From assembly GCA_963773185.1 (NCBI GenBank), contig CAVZAD010000015.1:849-64848 (forward strand): DNA of 64,000 bases, read 5' to 3'. This document shows, piece after piece, positions 61,501 through 64,000 of this stretch. The notes beneath the pieces were generated by a model. The model saw only the letters and a list, made by a program, of their open reading frames with translations. It did no database searches and was not told the DNA's origin. How positions within the stretch are numbered: position 1 is the first letter of the stretch; each line of letters starts with the position of its first letter. This stretch comes from an uncultured Verrucomicrobiae bacterium (GTDB lineage: Bacteria > Verrucomicrobiota > Verrucomicrobiia > Chthoniobacterales > UBA10450). A program made the position numbers and the translations under genes.

Positions 61501-62910
61501 ATGAGCGATAAATTTGACGTCGTTATCATCGGTTCGGGACCCGGCGGTTACGTGGCGGCGATCCGCGCGGCGCAGCTTGGGTTGAAAACGGCTATTGTCG
61601 AAAAAGACAAGGAGCTCGGCGGCACCTGTCTCAACATCGGGTGTATCCCGAGCAAGGCGCTCCTCACTTCGAGCGACCATTATGTGTTCGCGAAAAAGGA
61701 AGCCGCCAAGCACGGCATTATTCTGGAAAACGTCGGCCTCGACCTGGCCAAAATGCTCGCGCGCAAGGACAAGGTCGTGAAGACGATGAATGGCGGCGTG
61801 AAGGCGTTGATGAAAGGAAATAAGATCACGACGTTTCAAGGTCTGGGAACGGTCACGGCTCCAGGCCGCGTCGCCATCAAGCCGGACGAAGGGGACAGCC
61901 AGGAGATCGAGGCGACCAATATTCTGATCGCCACCGGCAGTGTGCCGGTCGAGCTGACCAACATGAAATTCGACGGGGAGGTGATCGTGAGCAGCACTGA
62001 GGCGCTCACATTTGAAAAAGCGCCGGAAAAACTTCTCGTCATCGGCGGCGGCGCGATCGGCCTTGAACTTGGCTCCGTCTGGAGCCGTCTCGGTTCGGAA
62101 GTGACCGTGCTGGAGTTTCTCCCCCGGATCGCGCTCGGCTTCGATCTCGAGCTCGCGAATTTACTTCAGCGTTCCCTTGCCGCGCAGGGCATGGCCTTTC
62201 ATCTCGAGACGAAGGTCGGCTCGGTGAAAGTGGAGAAGGGCCGCGCGGTGGCCACCGCGACGAAGGGCGGCGAGGAACTGAAATTCGAAGCCGACAAAGT
62301 GCTGGTCTCGGTCGGGCGCCGCGCCTTTGCCAAAGGTGTATTCGGAGAAAAACTCGGCGTCGTACTCGACGATCGTGGGCGGGTAAAAGTGGACGAGCAT
62401 TTTCGCACGAACGTCGAAGGCATCTACGCGATCGGCGACGTTATCGCAGGCCCGATGCTGGCACACAAAGCCGAGGAGGAAGGCATCGCCTGTGTCGAAA
62501 TGATGGCCGGCAAAGCCGGGCACGTGAACTACGATGTCATTCCCGGAATCATTTATACGAATCCGGAGCTGGCCGGCGTCGGATTCACGGAAGATTTGGC
62601 GAAGGAGAAGGGGATGGACGTGCGGATCGGCAAGTTTCCCTTCCGCGCCAATGGCCGCGCGGTGGCGAACGAAGACTACGAAGGTGTCGTGAAGTTTGTG
62701 GCGGACGCGAAGACGGATCGCATTCTCGGTGCCCATATTCTTTCCCACGCCGCCTCGGAGTTGATCGCGGAAACGGTCGCCGTGATGGAATTCGGCGGCA
62801 GCTCGGAAGATCTCGGCCGCACCGTTCACGCACATCCCACGCTGAGCGAAGCAGTGAAAGAAGCCGCACTCGCGGTGGAGAAACGCGCTCTGCACATCGG
62901 CAATCGTTGA
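61501..62910 (+). CDS. lpdA: Dihydrolipoyl dehydrogenase, E3 component
   Basis: Intact. FDVVIIGSGPGGYVAAIRAAQLG, GGTCLNIGCIPSK (redox disulfide), VIGGGAIGLE, HAHPTLSE. Confidence 0.93.
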   Translation: MSDKFDVVIIGSGPGGYVAAIRAAQLGLKTAIVEKDKELGGTCLNIGCIPSKALLTSSDHYVFAKKEAAKHGIILENVGLDLAKMLARKDKVVKTMNGGVKALMKGNKITTFQGLGTVTAPGRVAIKPDEGDSQEIEATNILIATGSVPVELTNMKFDGEVIVSSTEALTFEKAPEKLLVIGGGAIGLELGSVWSRLGSEVTVLEFLPRIALGFDLELANLLQRSLAAQGMAFHLETKVGSVKVEKGRAVATATKGGEELKFEADKVLVSVGRRAFAKGVFGEKLGVVLDDRGRVKVDEHFRTNVEGIYAIGDVIAGPMLAHKAEEEGIACVEMMAGKAGHVNYDVIPGIIYTNPELAGVGFTEDLAKEKGMDVRIGKFPFRANGRAVANEDYEGVVKFVADAKTDRILGAHILSHAASELIAETVAVMEFGGSSEDLGRTVHAHPTLSEAVKEAALAVEKRALHIGNR

Positions 62911-63034
62911 CCTAAATAGCTGGTCAGCGTCGACCACCGCGTCGGAAGGAAAATAGGAATCGACTTCTTATCATGGAAGTAGGATATCTGTCTTTATGCG
63001 GCTGAGAGCATTCTTGCCGGCTTGGAGGTACCCC

Positions 63035-64000
63035 ATGATCAAAATCAAGTATTCCTGGTTTGTCGCGTTCTTCGCTGTCGTCGCTCTTCCAAATCTTTTG
63101 CCGATCGCGAAGGCAGACATTCCCGGACTAACTCTCGCGGACACCATCGATCCATCTCCTTACGTCGATGTTTACGGCGTAATGCAATTCAAGCTCAACC
63201 ATGCCACCCATAAGCTCTACGTGTCCGGTTATTCAAATCATAACGACTTTGGAATAAAGGTCATCGACACCACTTCGAACTCCATAATCGGCGGAATCGC
63301 CCTCGGTCGATACGCGGGAACGTCGAATGGTTTCTGGCCACTAGGCCTGGACGTCGATGAAAGCCCGGGGCCCGTGGGCGACAAAGTCTATGTTATCGGC
63401 CAATCTGAAACGAGTGCGAATGTCGCTCTGCGCGTTATCGATGGCCTGAGTAACTCTAGCATGACGGGAGAAGGCACCGATCTTTTTGTCCCGGTCGGCG
63501 TTCAGGAATTCGCAAGCGTGACCGTCAATTCGAGCAACCACAAACTTTATGTCGCAAAGGAAAATGGCTTCATCGTGGTGGTCGACGGTCCTAATCGGCA
63601 AATCGTTAGAACGTTCAATCCACAATTTGGCAGTTTCCTGGTGGCGAGCCCGGCGACGAACAAGATTTTTGTTCTCAATAACAACGGCGGCGGCGTCATC
63701 AACAGCGCGGACGACACGTTTGCGCCGCTCTCGTTATTCTTCACCGCCACGGCCGCGGCGGTCGATTCCACCCATGGACGAATTTATTTTGTCGGAAGAA
63801 ACCTGGGTGACAACAACGGCATTTTTGTCGTGGATGCGGCCACTGGGGCGATTGTTGGATCCAGAACCGACCTCGCTGCTCCTGCCCTAAGCGTCGCGGT
63901 CAATCCTAGCGACAATACGCTCTACGTTGGTTCCGCCAGTGACCTGCTTGTCTTTGACGCCGCTGACCTTACGCCCCGGGGAGGCTTCGCCCGTCCCGCG
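63035..64000 (+). CDS. Exported YVTN/YncE-like beta-propeller repeat protein (3' end beyond window)
   Basis: Hand translation from the ATG at 63035 stays open to the window end: MIKIKYSWFVAFFAVVALPNLLPIAKA (signal). Repeats: HKLYVSG.., DKVYVIG.., HKLYVAKENGFIVVVDG, NKIFVLN, GRIYFVG..GIFVVDAATG, NTLYVGS. It is absent from the ORF track because no stop lies in the window. Confidence 0.5.
   Translation, partial: MIKIKYSWFVAFFAVVALPNLLPIAKADIPGLTLADTIDPSPYVDVYGVMQFKLNHATHKLYVSGYSNHNDFGIKVIDTTSNSIIGGIALGRYAGTSNGFWPLGLDVDESPGPVGDKVYVIGQSETSANVALRVIDGLSNSSMTGEGTDLFVPVGVQEFASVTVNSSNHKLYVAKENGFIVVVDGPNRQIVRTFNPQFGSFLVASPATNKIFVLNNNGGGVINSADDTFAPLSLFFTATAAAVDSTHGRIYFVGRNLGDNNGIFVVDAATGAIVGSRTDLAAPALSVAVNPSDNTLYVGSASDLLVFDAADLTPRGGFARPA

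Overview
This is a high-GC (about 60% by eye) chromosomal segment from a diderm bacterium. BamD-like and LptE-like genes, prepilin-type proteins and Pro/Thr-linker exoproteins point to a soil Verrucomicrobiota/PVC-like lineage, but that is inference only. I can support about 50 protein genes, 3 tRNAs (Ala-CGC, Gly-CCC, Leu-CAG) and several families of intergenic palindromic repeats. I see no rRNA, CRISPR array, transposase, integrase or phage genes.

Housekeeping genes: fba, serA, serS, sdhC-sdhA-sdhB (CAB order), ubiE/menG, sucA-sucB-lpdA, an ABC-2/GldG-like/DUF4340 transporter operon, htrA, and bamD-like/lptE-like.

Most interesting content:
1. An intact 813-aa small LanB-like enzyme (glutamylation domain only, PEARL-like). 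It has no LanC, no elimination domain and no visible precursor peptide. It sits beside a FabF-fold ketosynthase that keeps its catalytic Cys but lacks both canonical His, and beside three sensor kinases.
2. Three unrelated secreted proteins (a BNR propeller, a cupredoxin+multicopper oxidase, and an NxxGxxAF-repeat protein) share the same C-terminal unit. The unit is a Pro/Thr linker plus a tandem ~130-aa module ending VEVYDRGxPP, about 85% identical at the DNA level. It is a candidate sorting or anchoring cassette.
3. A UdgX-type (KRRIH) uracil-DNA glycosylase.
4. A membrane-spanning TIR protein next to tRNA-Leu.
5. A MITE/REP-like family (TGTCATCCCGAGC...GACGGCGAGGGACC), including copies inside operons, plus unusual hairpins whose arms are tandem heptads.

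Major caveat: many genes, including essential ones (serS, sdhA, sucA, serA), are broken by frameshifts that cluster regionally, and the five junctions I read base by base each lie beside a short homopolymer run. I read these as assembly or polishing indels rather than real pseudogenes. Gene models marked 'frameshifted as assembled' are joined by eye from the ORF track. All family calls come from motif recognition, not database searches.
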